Source: Longivirga aurantiaca
GTDB lineage: Bacteria; Actinomycetota; Actinomycetes; S36-B12; CAIYMF01
DNA length: 32,000 nucleotides
Reading direction: 5' to 3'
NCBI RefSeq assembly: GCF_042660085.1
Contig: NZ_JBHSTI010000002.1
Span: forward strand, 300,001-332,000
Part shown: positions 9,642-19,365 of the stretch, piece after piece
Layout of the letters: each line of letters opens with the position of its first letter
Numbering within the stretch: the first letter of the stretch is position 1
The notes under the pieces: generated by a model
What the model saw: the letters and a program-made list of their open reading frames with translations, nothing else
Told to the model about the DNA's origin: nothing
The model's database searches: none
Translations under genes and position numbers: made by a program

Positions 9642-10880
9642 TCAGCGGGCTGGCTCCGCCTCCACCTCGTCTTGCGCGGCCGTCTCGCGTCGAGGGTTGA
9701 TGCGGTCGCCGAGGAGCGGGAAGACGAGCACCGACAGCGCACCGGCGCCGACGAGTGCGGCGGCGTTCTCGGGCAGCATGACGCCCGCGCCCACCTGGAT
9801 CGTGGTGATGGCGACGAGCAGCGGGAGGCCCGTGGCGATGTACAGCGAGAACTGCCAGCGCTCGCGGGTGTCGGGCAGCGCGTACCGGTAGAGGACGTAC
9901 TGCGGGAGGCCGCGCACCAGCAGCAGCAGCGCGAAGAAGAGCAGGAGCCGCAAGGGGTTCTTCGCGATCGAGGCGATGTCGAGGTTGGCGCCGCTGACGA
10001 TGAAGAACAGAGGGATGAAGAAGCCGAAGCCGATCGCCTCGACCTTGGGCAGGAGCCGGTTCCCGGCGTCAGGCGGCGAGTAGCGGCGCAGGATCACGCC
10101 GGCGACGAAGGCGCCGAGAACGGCGTCGAAGCCGAACGACGCGGCGATGGTCAGGAGGAAGAGCAGGAGGACGACGGTCCAGCGGACGGCGGTCTGCGAG
10201 CTCGTGTGGTGGCTGCGGTCCATGAGCTCGCGTACGCGGGTGGACATCAGGTGCCCCGGAGCACGCCAGACGAGGTAGGCGAGCACCGCGAACACCGCGA
10301 GCACGAGGATCGTGATCCACATCGACTTCGAGCCGAGCAGCAGCGCGATGGCGAGGATCGGTCCGAACTCGCCTGCCGCACCGCCGCCCATGAAGAACTG
10401 GCCGAACGGAGTCGAGAGCTGCCCGCGGTCGCGCACGACCGGCAGCAGCGTGCCCATCGCCGTGGTGGTGAGCGCGATGGCGATGCCGACGAGGTCGTTG
10501 ACGACCCCGAGCTCCCACAGGCCCCACACCACGACGAGCGCGATGACCAGCGACACGACCCACCCGCTCGCGGCGAGCCGGCCGGAGCGGCCGCGGATGG
10601 TCGACTGCTCGAGCTCGTAGCCGGCGAGGAAGAAGAGGAGTCCGAGGCCGAGCTCGTTCATGAGCTGGACGCTCTCGTCGATCTCGATGAGGCCGAGGAC
10701 GTTGGGGCCGAGCAGGATGCCGAAGCCGAGCAGCAGCACCACCTCGGCGACGCGCAGGCGGAGCAGGCCCACCACGAGCGGCACGCTGGCCGCGACCAGG
10801 CCGATGATGAGCAGTGACACGAGCTCACGCTCGAGGGTCTCGCTGGTGGCGAGCAAGGCGGTCAGGCTGTGCGCGTCCAC
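9642..10880 (-). CDS. Cation:proton antiporter (CPA2 / Na+/H+ exchanger family)
   Basis: About 12 TM helices with a typical N-terminus (GLLRLRVAEVVLLLGFGILLGPNVLGLI...LGLGLLFFLAGYEL). GTG start is preceded by GGAGGGA. Confidence 0.88.
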   Translation of the reverse strand: MDAHSLTALLATSETLERELVSLLIIGLVAASVPLVVGLLRLRVAEVVLLLGFGILLGPNVLGLIEIDESVQLMNELGLGLLFFLAGYELEQSTIRGRSGRLAASGWVVSLVIALVVVWGLWELGVVNDLVGIAIALTTTAMGTLLPVVRDRGQLSTPFGQFFMGGGAAGEFGPILAIALLLGSKSMWITILVLAVFAVLAYLVWRAPGHLMSTRVRELMDRSHHTSSQTAVRWTVVLLLFLLTIAASFGFDAVLGAFVAGVILRRYSPPDAGNRLLPKVEAIGFGFFIPLFFIVSGANLDIASIAKNPLRLLLFFALLLLVRGLPQYVLYRYALPDTRERWQFSLYIATGLPLLVAITTIQVGAGVMLPENAAALVGAGALSVLVFPLLGDRINPRRETAAQDEVEAEPAR

Positions 10881-10981
10881 GGCGTCCCTCCGACGGAGCG
10901 GGTGCTGTCGGGGTCGAGGCTAGGGGACGTCGCGGACCCCGTGTACGCCGGTCGGCGATCCGGAGGGAGCTGCAATCCGAA

Positions 10982-11009
10982 GCGCGCACCGGTTGAAACG
11001 GTTACGCGC
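10982..11009 (-). terminator. Imperfect hairpin downstream of the DUF4032 gene
   Basis: Minus strand reads GCGCGTAACCG-TTTCAA-CCGGTGCGCGC followed by TTCGGATT. It starts 16 nt after the stop at 11025. Confidence 0.3.
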
Positions 11010-11024
11010 CAGGGGATTGCGGCC

Positions 11025-12314
11025 TCAGGGCAGGTCGAGCTCGCTGAGATCCATCTCGGTCGTCTCCTCGAAGCGCACACCCATCGTGTCGCTCGGTGTG
11101 CCGAGCCGCTGGCCGAGCACGGCTTTCTCATCGGGCTTGTCGACGAGGACGGTGGCCACGTAGTCGGCCGCGGCCTCCCAGATCGTGACGTCGCGCTTCA
11201 GCCGCTCGCCCATGAACCACCGGTGCTCGAGGACCTCGTGGTAGATCTCGGCCGGCTCGAGCTTGCCGCGCAGGTCCGCCGGCACGACGCCCGTCACGGG
11301 CTCGAACCGCTCGGCCACCCAGCGGTGCGCGACGAGCTCCTCGGACTCGTCCGTGAGCGCCTCCTCGACGCGGTAGGTGTCGAGGTCGTTGAGGAGGCGG
11401 CGCGCCTGGTTCTCCTCGACGTCGAGGCCGGTGAGGCGCAGCAGGCGCCGCGAATGGTGGCCGACGTCGACGACCTTGGGCGTGACGCGCACGCAGTCGC
11501 CGGCCTCCTCCGACACGACCGAGAGCTCGGCGATGTCGAAGCCGAGGTCGTTGAGGCGGCGTACCCGTGCGTCGAGGGCGTGCCGGTCTCCGACGCTGAT
11601 CGACACCGGGCCGGTGACCTCCTTCCACAGCGTCTCGTAGCGCTGGCGCACGATGTGCGAGGTCGCGATGGGGTCGATGCTCGGGTGCAGGCGGCCCGAG
11701 GCCTCGACGTCGAGCAGCTCGCCGGCCACGTTGACCTCGGCGGTCTGGAGGTCATACTCGCGCTGGCCGTCCGAGAGCTTGTCGTGCAGCTCGCCGGTCT
11801 CGGCGTCGACGAGGTACGCCGCGAACGCGCCGGCGTCGCGGCGGAAGAGGGTGTTCGAGAGCGAGCAGTCGCGCCACACGAAGCCGACGAGGTGCAGACG
11901 CACGATGAGGACGGCGAGGGCGTCGATGAGCCGGTGCATCGTGTCGGGCCGCAGCGTCGTGGAGAACAGCGCGCGATAAGGGAGCGAGAACTGCAGGTGC
12001 CGCGTGATGATCGCGGCGGGCAGCTCCTCGCCCTCGGGCGTCGTACGGCCGGCGACGATGCCGACGGGGTCGACGCACGGGACGTCGCGGCGTCCGAGCT
12101 CGAAGAGCAGGTCGTACTCGTGCCGCGCGATCGGCTCGACCGTCTCCTTCACGGCGTACACCGCGCCGGCCAGCTTGACGAAGCGGACGATGTGGCGCGA
12201 GATGCCGCGGGGCAGGGCCACCAGCGTCGACTCAGGCCACTCCTCGAGCGGCACCTCCCACGGCAGGAACAGCAGGTCGTGCTCGCCCGCCGCAGCGGTC
12301 ACTCGCAGCGCCAT
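11025..12314 (-). CDS. DUF4032 domain protein with N-terminal lipopolysaccharide/RIO-like kinase fold
   Basis: 429 aa. The N-terminal half has a kinase-like pattern (YAVKET...HEYDLL...HLVGFVWRDCSLSNTLFRRDAG..AYLVDAETGE). The C-terminal half (YHEVLEHRWFMGERL) is typical of actinobacterial DUF4032 proteins. RBS GGGAGGAG. Confidence 0.85.
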   Translation of the reverse strand: MALRVTAAAGEHDLLFLPWEVPLEEWPESTLVALPRGISRHIVRFVKLAGAVYAVKETVEPIARHEYDLLFELGRRDVPCVDPVGIVAGRTTPEGEELPAAIITRHLQFSLPYRALFSTTLRPDTMHRLIDALAVLIVRLHLVGFVWRDCSLSNTLFRRDAGAFAAYLVDAETGELHDKLSDGQREYDLQTAEVNVAGELLDVEASGRLHPSIDPIATSHIVRQRYETLWKEVTGPVSISVGDRHALDARVRRLNDLGFDIAELSVVSEEAGDCVRVTPKVVDVGHHSRRLLRLTGLDVEENQARRLLNDLDTYRVEEALTDESEELVAHRWVAERFEPVTGVVPADLRGKLEPAEIYHEVLEHRWFMGERLKRDVTIWEAAADYVATVLVDKPDEKAVLGQRLGTPSDTMGVRFEETTEMDLSELDLP

Positions 12315-12416
12315 GCCGCTCCTCCCGCTGTGGCACGAAGGGGGCCTTCAGCGCGACTCGGTGATGGGTAGGAATGTTGCGCTCTGAGCAACGAAGGCCC
12401 CCTTCATCGCACAGGC

Positions 12417-12454
12417 GGAGGGGGTGGCGGCGCGAGTGCGCGGCCACCCCCTCC
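12417..12454 (-). terminator. Stem-loop terminator after msiK
   Basis: GGAGGGGGTGGC (12417-12428) pairs with GCCACCCCCTCC (12443-12454), a 12-bp perfect stem 10 nt downstream of the msiK stop. Confidence 0.6.
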
Positions 12455-12463
12455 GGTGCTCGA

Positions 12464-13570
<1,107 letters not shown>

Positions 13571-13714
13571 AGCAGAGCCAAACCCTTCACCGGCAGGAAC
13601 GTGCCGGACGATCCGTAGTGGAAGGACGCCGGACTACTGCCCGGCACCGCGAGAGTAACCGGTTGCGGCGCGCTCCGGTAGGCCTTCGCGGGGATGCCGC
13701 CGACGGGTGGGGCG

Positions 13715-14488
13715 CTAGGAGCGGGCGAGCCAGGCCGCGCGCTCGGTGGCGAGGAGTGCCAGCGCGTCGGCGACCACGTGGGGGTCGGGCACCCGGTGCT
13801 CGGCCCCGGTCACGCCCGGACCCACCTTGACGCCGACGTCGCCGGGGAGCAGGCGCTCGAACGCCGTCTCGTCGGTGAGGTCGTCGCCCAGGAACACGGT
13901 CGCGGTCGCGGTCGCACGGCGGCGCAGCACCTCGAGCGCAGCACCCTTGTCGGCGCTCACCACCGAGAGCTCGAGCACCTCCTTGCCGGCGAGGGCGACG
14001 ACCCCGGGGAGCTGCGCGGGCCCGGCGCGCAGGGCGTCGAGCACCCGGGCCGCGTCGGTGCGGGCGGCTGCCCGGACGTGCACGGCGACACCTGCGGGCT
14101 TGGGCTCGAGGTCGACCCCGTCGACGCCCGCGGTGACCGACCGCACCGCGTCGATCAACGCGTCGCGGCGGGCCACGACGTCATGGTCGGGCTCGTCGTC
14201 GCCGAGCTCCGCCCCGTGGCTCCCGACGAGCAGCACGCCCTCCGGGAGGTGGCCGACGTCCGCGAGGTCGCGCAGGGCCCGGCCTGACACGACGGCGACC
14301 GTCGTGTCGCGCAGAGCGGTGAGCAGGCCGAGCGCGTCGAGCGAGGGGGTAAGGGCGCGGGCGTCGTCGCGATGGGCGACGATCGGCGCGAGCGTGCCGT
14401 CGAAGTCGCACGCGACGAGCAGGTGAGCCGCGCGGGACGCCGTGCTTAGGGCCTCACGCAGCAGCGGCTCGACCGCGCCGGTGCTCAT
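13715..14488 (-). CDS. otsB: Trehalose-phosphate phosphatase
   Basis: HAD motif I LVACDFDGTLAP, then VSGR and the late GDDLTDE motif. ATG at 14488 overlaps the otsA stop (ATGA). The longer listed ORF (to 15094) is out-of-frame read-through of otsA. Confidence 0.9.
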   Translation of the reverse strand: MSTGAVEPLLREALSTASRAAHLLVACDFDGTLAPIVAHRDDARALTPSLDALGLLTALRDTTVAVVSGRALRDLADVGHLPEGVLLVGSHGAELGDDEPDHDVVARRDALIDAVRSVTAGVDGVDLEPKPAGVAVHVRAAARTDAARVLDALRAGPAQLPGVVALAGKEVLELSVVSADKGAALEVLRRRATATATVFLGDDLTDETAFERLLPGDVGVKVGPGVTGAEHRVPDPHVVADALALLATERAAWLARS

Positions 14489-15942
14489 CGGTTCTGCTCC
14501 GACTCCTCGAGCGCGTCGAGGAACGACGCCGCCCATCGTGCGACGTCGTGCTCGAAGAGGTGCTCGCGCATGGCCTTCATGCGCATCGAGAGGTCGGCCG
14601 GGTCGTCGCGCATCGCGTCGACGAGCGCCTGCTTCACGCCCTCGGCGTCGTACGGGTTCACGAGGAACGCGTCGGTCAGCTCGACCGCGGCCCCCGCGAA
14701 CTCCGACAGCACGAGCGCCCCGGTGCCGTCGGTGCGGGACGCGACGTACTCCTTGCACACGAGGTTCATCCCGTCGCGGTACGGCGTCACGAGCATGACG
14801 TCGGCCGCGAGGTAGAACGACACGAGCGTCTCGCGGTCGAACGGCTGGTGCAGGTACTGGATGGGCGGCGCACCGATGAGGCCGTGGTCGCCGAGGGCTC
14901 GGCCGACCATCAGCTCGATCTCGTCGCGCAGGCGCTGGTAGTCCTCGACGTTCTCGCGGCTCGGGGTCGCGATCTGCACGAAGACGGCCTCGCCGGGCTC
15001 GATCGTGCCGCCCTCGAGCAGCTCGGTGAAGGCCTTGAGGCGTACGTCGATGCCCTTGGTGTAGTCGAGGCGGTCGACGCCGAGGATGACCCACCGCGGG
15101 TTGCCGAGCTTCTCCCGGATCTCGATCGCGCGGTCATGGATCTCGGCCGTGCGCGCCATGGCGTCGTACTCGCGCGTGTCGATGGAGATCGGGAAAGCGC
15201 CGACCGTCACGCGCCGTACGCCGGAGGCACGGGAGGAGTCGGGCACGTCGACGCCGGTCTCGTCGAAGTCGAGACCGAGCAGGCGGCCGGTGATGCGCAG
15301 GAAGTTCGCCGCGCCTCCGGGCGTGTGGAAGCCGACGAGGTCCGAGCCCAGCAGGCCCTCGATGATCTGCTTGCGCCACGGCAGCTGCAGGAACAGCTCC
15401 TCGGGCGGGAACGGGATGTGCAGGAAGAAGCCGATGCGCAGATCGGGGCGCATCTCGCGCAGCATCTGCGGGACGAGCTGCAGCTGGTAGTCGTGCACCC
15501 ACACCGTGGCACCCTCGGCGGCCAGCTCGGCGGCACGGCGCGCGAAGCGGCGGTTGACCGCGACGTACGGCTCCCAGTGGTGGCGGTGGTAGACCGGCGT
15601 GGCGATGGCGTCGTGGTATAGCGGCCAGATCGTGGAGTTGCTGAAGCCCTCGTAGAAGCCCTCGAGCTCGTCGCGGCCGAGCTCGACCTCGGACAGCGCG
15701 CACGGGCCGACGTCGTCGGGCAGGGGCTCGAGCTCGCGGCCGAGGTCCTCGGTGGAGTACGGGTCGGGCGCGAACCGACCGGACCACCCGATCCACACGG
15801 CGTCGTGCTCGCGGAGCACGGGCTCGAGCGCGCTGACGAGGCCACCGGGGGAGCGGTTCCAGGCGGTGGTGCCGTCCGCATGCTCCTCCGCCGACACCGG
15901 CAACCGGTTGGCGATCACGAGCAGGTCATGGGAGGCGGTCAT
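14485..15942 (-). CDS. otsA: Alpha,alpha-trehalose-phosphate synthase (UDP/ADP-forming)
   Basis: LLVIANRLPV...SPGGLVSAL...VWIGWSG...VWVHDYQLQLVP...GFFLHIPFP is the GT20 family signature. 485 aa. Confidence 0.95.
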   Translation of the reverse strand: MTASHDLLVIANRLPVSAEEHADGTTAWNRSPGGLVSALEPVLREHDAVWIGWSGRFAPDPYSTEDLGRELEPLPDDVGPCALSEVELGRDELEGFYEGFSNSTIWPLYHDAIATPVYHRHHWEPYVAVNRRFARRAAELAAEGATVWVHDYQLQLVPQMLREMRPDLRIGFFLHIPFPPEELFLQLPWRKQIIEGLLGSDLVGFHTPGGAANFLRITGRLLGLDFDETGVDVPDSSRASGVRRVTVGAFPISIDTREYDAMARTAEIHDRAIEIREKLGNPRWVILGVDRLDYTKGIDVRLKAFTELLEGGTIEPGEAVFVQIATPSRENVEDYQRLRDEIELMVGRALGDHGLIGAPPIQYLHQPFDRETLVSFYLAADVMLVTPYRDGMNLVCKEYVASRTDGTGALVLSEFAGAAVELTDAFLVNPYDAEGVKQALVDAMRDDPADLSMRMKAMREHLFEHDVARWAASFLDALEESEQNR

Positions 15943-16050
15943 CTCATGACCGTAGATGCTCCGCGCACGGCGTGGTCAAACCTCGAGGTGCCCGCTGAGC
16001 GGGCGGGTGTGGGATGTCCCACGATCACGTCACGCTGCGTGCACCCGCGT

Positions 16051-17295
16051 TCACCCGAGTGCCTCGAGCAGCGCCCGCAGCGAGGCGATGCCGTCGTGGA
16101 CGTCGGTGAAGCGCGTGGTCAGCGGCGCGAGGCCGACCCGGACGCCGTCGGGGTGGCGGAAGTCGGGGATCACGCCGCGGTCGGTGAGCGCCTGCGTCAG
16201 CGCGAGCGCATCCGGGTGCCGGAGCGTCACGTGCGCCCCGCGCTGGGACGGGTCGCGCGGTGTCGCGACCTCGACGCCGAACGGCGCGAGCCACGAGTCG
16301 GCCAGGTCGATGCAGTACGACGTCAGCGCGGTCGACTTCGCCCGCACGGCGTCCATGCCGGCCTCCTCGAGCAGCGCGACGCCGGCGTCCACCGCGGCCA
16401 GCGCGATCGCGGACGGCGTACCGGTCATGAACCGGCGGATGCCGGGCGCGGGGGCGTAGTCGCCGGTCATGGCGAAGACGTCCTCGTGCCCCATCCATCC
16501 CGGGATCGGGTTGGTCATCGAGCCGTGGTGCCGCGGTGCGGCCCAGATCCACGCGGGTGCACCCGGGCCGCCGTTGATGAACTTGTACGAGCACCCGACG
16601 GCGAAGTCGGCGCCGGATCCCGGGAGGTCGAGCGGGACCGACCCGCCCGCGTGCGAGCAGTCCCAGACGACGAGGGCTCCCTCGTCGTGCACCGCGCGCG
16701 TGATGGCCCCGATGTCGGCGAGCGCGGCCGACCGGTAGTCGACGACGGACAGCAGCACGACGGCCACGTCGTCGTGCAGCGCCGCCGCGACGTCGTTCGC
16801 CGTCACCGGCGAGACCGGGAACGGCACCGACGGATCCAGCGGGCCCAGCCACTTCACCGAGCCGCTGCGCGATCGTGCGACCTCGGCGGCCACGTAGCGG
16901 TCGGTGGGGAACTCGCCGCGGTGCGCGACGACGGTGGACCGGTCGGGCCGCATCGACATCGCCGCGCCGAGCACCTTGTAGAGGTTGACCGTGGTGTTGT
17001 CGCAGACGACCGTCTCGCCCGGCCCTGCGCCGAGCAGAGCCGCGCCCAGCCGGTCCCCGACCTCGAACGGCCGGTCCATCCAGCCCTCGCTCCACGAGCG
17101 GATGAGCCGGTCGCCCCACTCGCCGTGGACGACCGTGGAGATGCGGTCGGCCGTCGCGGCGGGCAGCCGGCCGAGCGAGTTGCCGTCGAGGTACACGACC
17201 GCCGGGTCGGGGATCTCGAACCGGAGCCGGAACCCGGCGAGCGGGTCAGAGCCGTCGAGGCTCTCGGCGTACGTGCGCGACGTGGCTTCGGTCAT
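16051..17295 (-). CDS. kynU: Kynureninase (class V aminotransferase fold)
   Basis: YLDGNSLGRLP...NTTVNLYK...WDCSHAGG...GCSYKFINGGPGAPA matches kynureninase family motifs, including the PLP-lysine context SYKF. 414 aa. Confidence 0.85.
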   Translation of the reverse strand: MTEATSRTYAESLDGSDPLAGFRLRFEIPDPAVVYLDGNSLGRLPAATADRISTVVHGEWGDRLIRSWSEGWMDRPFEVGDRLGAALLGAGPGETVVCDNTTVNLYKVLGAAMSMRPDRSTVVAHRGEFPTDRYVAAEVARSRSGSVKWLGPLDPSVPFPVSPVTANDVAAALHDDVAVVLLSVVDYRSAALADIGAITRAVHDEGALVVWDCSHAGGSVPLDLPGSGADFAVGCSYKFINGGPGAPAWIWAAPRHHGSMTNPIPGWMGHEDVFAMTGDYAPAPGIRRFMTGTPSAIALAAVDAGVALLEEAGMDAVRAKSTALTSYCIDLADSWLAPFGVEVATPRDPSQRGAHVTLRHPDALALTQALTDRGVIPDFRHPDGVRVGLAPLTTRFTDVHDGIASLRALLEALG

Positions 17296-17334
17296 GGGCA
17301 GAGGCTGCCACGAACGCGCCGCCCACGTACGACG

Positions 17335-18063
17335 TCAGCCGATGGCGCCCGAGGCGCCGTCGGACCGCGGTGCCGCCGGCTTCGCCGGGCGCAGAGGCAT
17401 CCCTGCCGAGCCGACGACCTTCTCGCCCGGAAGCGCGAGCACCCGGCGCGCGACGAGGAACGTGTGCGAGCCCTCGTTGGGGAAGCCCCAGAAGCGCTCG
17501 ACCTTCGCGACGTCGCCGCAGGAGTTGGTGTGCAGCATCCACTCGGCGCCGGACGTGTCGGCGCCGAGGTACATCACGACGTGCTTGTAGGGGCAGCCGC
17601 CCTGCGGGCACGTGTCGTAGAGGACGAGGTCGCCGGGGCGCAGCGCGGTGGGTGAGACCTTCGCGTAGTGCGGGTCGAGCGTGACCCGTCCCACGGCACC
17701 ATGTTGCGCGTGGACGGCGCCCACGTGTCGCCGGCCGTGGCCAGGCCCGCGCCCTCGGCGTACGCGCGGGAGACGAACGACGAGCAGTCGGCGCGGAACG
17801 GCAGCATGCGGCCCGCCCCGCCGCAGGCGTACGCCGCACCGAGGTGCTGGAACGCCCAGGTCACCGCGAGAGCGGCCTGCGGCGTCGCCGCCTCCGTGAT
17901 CGCCGTGGCGCACAGGGCCGCCGCGCCGACGAGCTCCGCGCCGTCGCGAAGCGTCGCCGGGACGTCGGCGGTCGGGCAGCCCTCAGGGCCGACCTGGACC
18001 TGCGGCGCGACGAGGCCGAGCCGTGACAGCTGCGCCTCGGCCCGCCGCTCGCCGTCCGCTCAT
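17335..18063 (-). pseudogene. NlpC/P60 (C40) cell-wall peptidase gene with two frame disruptions
   Basis: The catalytic Cys segment (LGAAYACGG...FRADCSSFVSRAY) is in one frame (about 17691-18059). The His segment (LRPGDLVLYD...KHVVMYLG...MLHTNSCGDV) is in another (17335-17700). The ATG at 18063, which has a GGGGGA RBS, is in the frame of the C-terminal part but hits TGA at 17983-17985. Confidence 0.65.
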
Positions 18064-18105
18064 CCGTCGTCCCCCGGCCTCGCGCCGCCTCGCGGGACGA
18101 CGAGT

Positions 18106-18762
18106 TCACAGATCCCGCGACGGGCGAGGGGGCAGGAGGCCGTCGAGAAGGGCGGCGAGGCCGTGGTCGAACTGCGTGTCCGTGACCCAGTCGGTGCGGG
18201 CGAGGTCGGTCTGGGCCGCGAGCATGTCCTCGCTCGGGGTCGCGCGTTCGGCGTACCCGCCGAGCGAGCCCGGGAACGCGCCGTCGACCCGGCGGGGTGC
18301 GGCGAACACCCCGAAGCCGAGCGCGTAGATCGAGACGGCGTCCCACGCGCGGGTGGCGTCGTCGACGGAGAGGCCGAGCTGCACGAAGGCGCTCAGCGCG
18401 CGCTCGCCCATGCGGTACGCCGCCGGCGTGAGCGAGGGCCGCAGGACGAGGGCCGGGACGAGCGCGGGGTTGTCGACGACCTGGTCGCGGATCCCCCGTG
18501 CGAGGCGCTCGAGCGCAGAGCGCGGCGCGACGCGCGGGCCCGGGATCGGCACCCGTGCGGTGAGCAGGTCGAGCAGCCCGTCGAGCAGGTCGTCCTTGTC
18601 CTGCACGTGGCGGTAGAGCGCCATCGGCACGACGCCGAGACGCTGCGACAGCGCCCGCATCGACAGGCCGTCGGTGCCCTCGGCGCGGATGAGCTCCCAC
18701 GCCTCGTCGAGCACGCGCTCGCGGGTCAGCGTCTGCCGCGGCTTCTTCGGGTCGCTTGACAT
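18106..18762 (-). CDS. TetR/AcrR family transcriptional repressor
   Basis: N-terminal HTH (LTRERVLDEAWELIRAEGTDGLSMRALSQRLGVVPMALYRHV). 219 aa from ATG 18762. The ATG immediately abuts operator 1 in an apparently leaderless arrangement. Confidence 0.9.
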   Translation of the reverse strand: MSSDPKKPRQTLTRERVLDEAWELIRAEGTDGLSMRALSQRLGVVPMALYRHVQDKDDLLDGLLDLLTARVPIPGPRVAPRSALERLARGIRDQVVDNPALVPALVLRPSLTPAAYRMGERALSAFVQLGLSVDDATRAWDAVSIYALGFGVFAAPRRVDGAFPGSLGGYAERATPSEDMLAAQTDLARTDWVTDTQFDHGLAALLDGLLPPRPSRDL

Positions 18763-18797
18763 GTGTACACCGTACACTCCACACTCGCTCCTGTGAA
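18756..18797. promoter_or_regulatory. Overlapping divergent promoters of the tetR / membrane-protein operon
   Basis: Plus strand: TTGACA (18756-18761), N18, CACACT (18780-18785). Minus strand: TTCACA (rc of 18792-18797), N17, TACGGT (rc of 18769-18774), then 6 nt to the tetR ATG. Confidence 0.4.
18763..18777. promoter_or_regulatory. Candidate TetR operator 1 (palindrome GTGTAC-ACC-GTACAC)
   Basis: Perfect 6+3+6 inverted repeat directly after the tetR start codon, inside the spacer of the plus-strand promoter. Confidence 0.6.
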
Positions 18798-18815
18798 TGT
18801 GTACGCCGTACACAT
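18797..18815. promoter_or_regulatory. Candidate TetR operator 2 (palindrome ATGTGTAC-GCC-GTACACAT)
   Basis: Perfect 8+3+8 inverted repeat with the same core as operator 1, 36 bp away. It sits between the promoter and the AAGGAG RBS (18823-18828). Confidence 0.6.
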
Positions 18816-18837
18816 CGGACTCAAGGAGCTCGTCGTC

Positions 18838-19365
18838 ATGGTCAGCAAGCCCTGGCTCTTCGCCCTCACGTTCCTCGCCTTCCCGCCTGCGGGGCTCCTC
18901 GCCCGCGCCGTGGTGGGACCTGTCGACTCGGTCACCGCCGGCCTCGTCGGGGGTGCGATCGTCGGGCTGGTCGTCGGTGCCGCGCAGTGGCTCGTCCTGC
19001 GGACGGTCGTCTCTGCCTGGTGGATCGCGGCCACGACGGCGGCGGTGGGCATCGGCCTCGCCGTCACCGCCGGGCTCGGCCTCGTGAGCACCGACCGATC
19101 CGACCTGCTCGCCATCGGCCTCGTCACCGGCGTGCTGGTCGGAGCCGCGCAGGCCCTGGTCCTGCCGGCCCGGCTGCGCGTGGCCTGGGGCGCTGCCGTG
19201 GCCGTGCTCTGGCCGCTGGCGTGGCAGGTGACCGCGCTCGTCGGCGTCGACCTCACCCAGGGCTGGGCGGTCTTCGGCGCCTCGGGCGCGCTGGTCTACT
19301 CGGCGTCGCTCGCCGGCCTCCTCGCGCTCGCCGGCCGCCGCATGGCCGTCGAGGCGACGGCATGA
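18838..19365 (+). CDS. Hypothetical integral membrane protein (175 aa) with internal repeat
   Basis: ATG lies 9 nt after AAGGAG. About 5-6 TM helices; the motif VGAAQWLVL / VGAAQALVL is repeated. Divergent from tetR. Confidence 0.75.
   Translation: MVSKPWLFALTFLAFPPAGLLARAVVGPVDSVTAGLVGGAIVGLVVGAAQWLVLRTVVSAWWIAATTAAVGIGLAVTAGLGLVSTDRSDLLAIGLVTGVLVGAAQALVLPARLRVAWGAAVAVLWPLAWQVTALVGVDLTQGWAVFGASGALVYSASLAGLLALAGRRMAVEATA

Noticed and set aside
17683-17696. Programmed -1 ribosomal frameshift as the explanation for the NlpC/P60 frame change
   Set aside because: There is no slippery heptamer (the sequence is TGG GAC GGG TCA), and a second frame break lies right after the start codon. Mutation or assembly error is more parsimonious.
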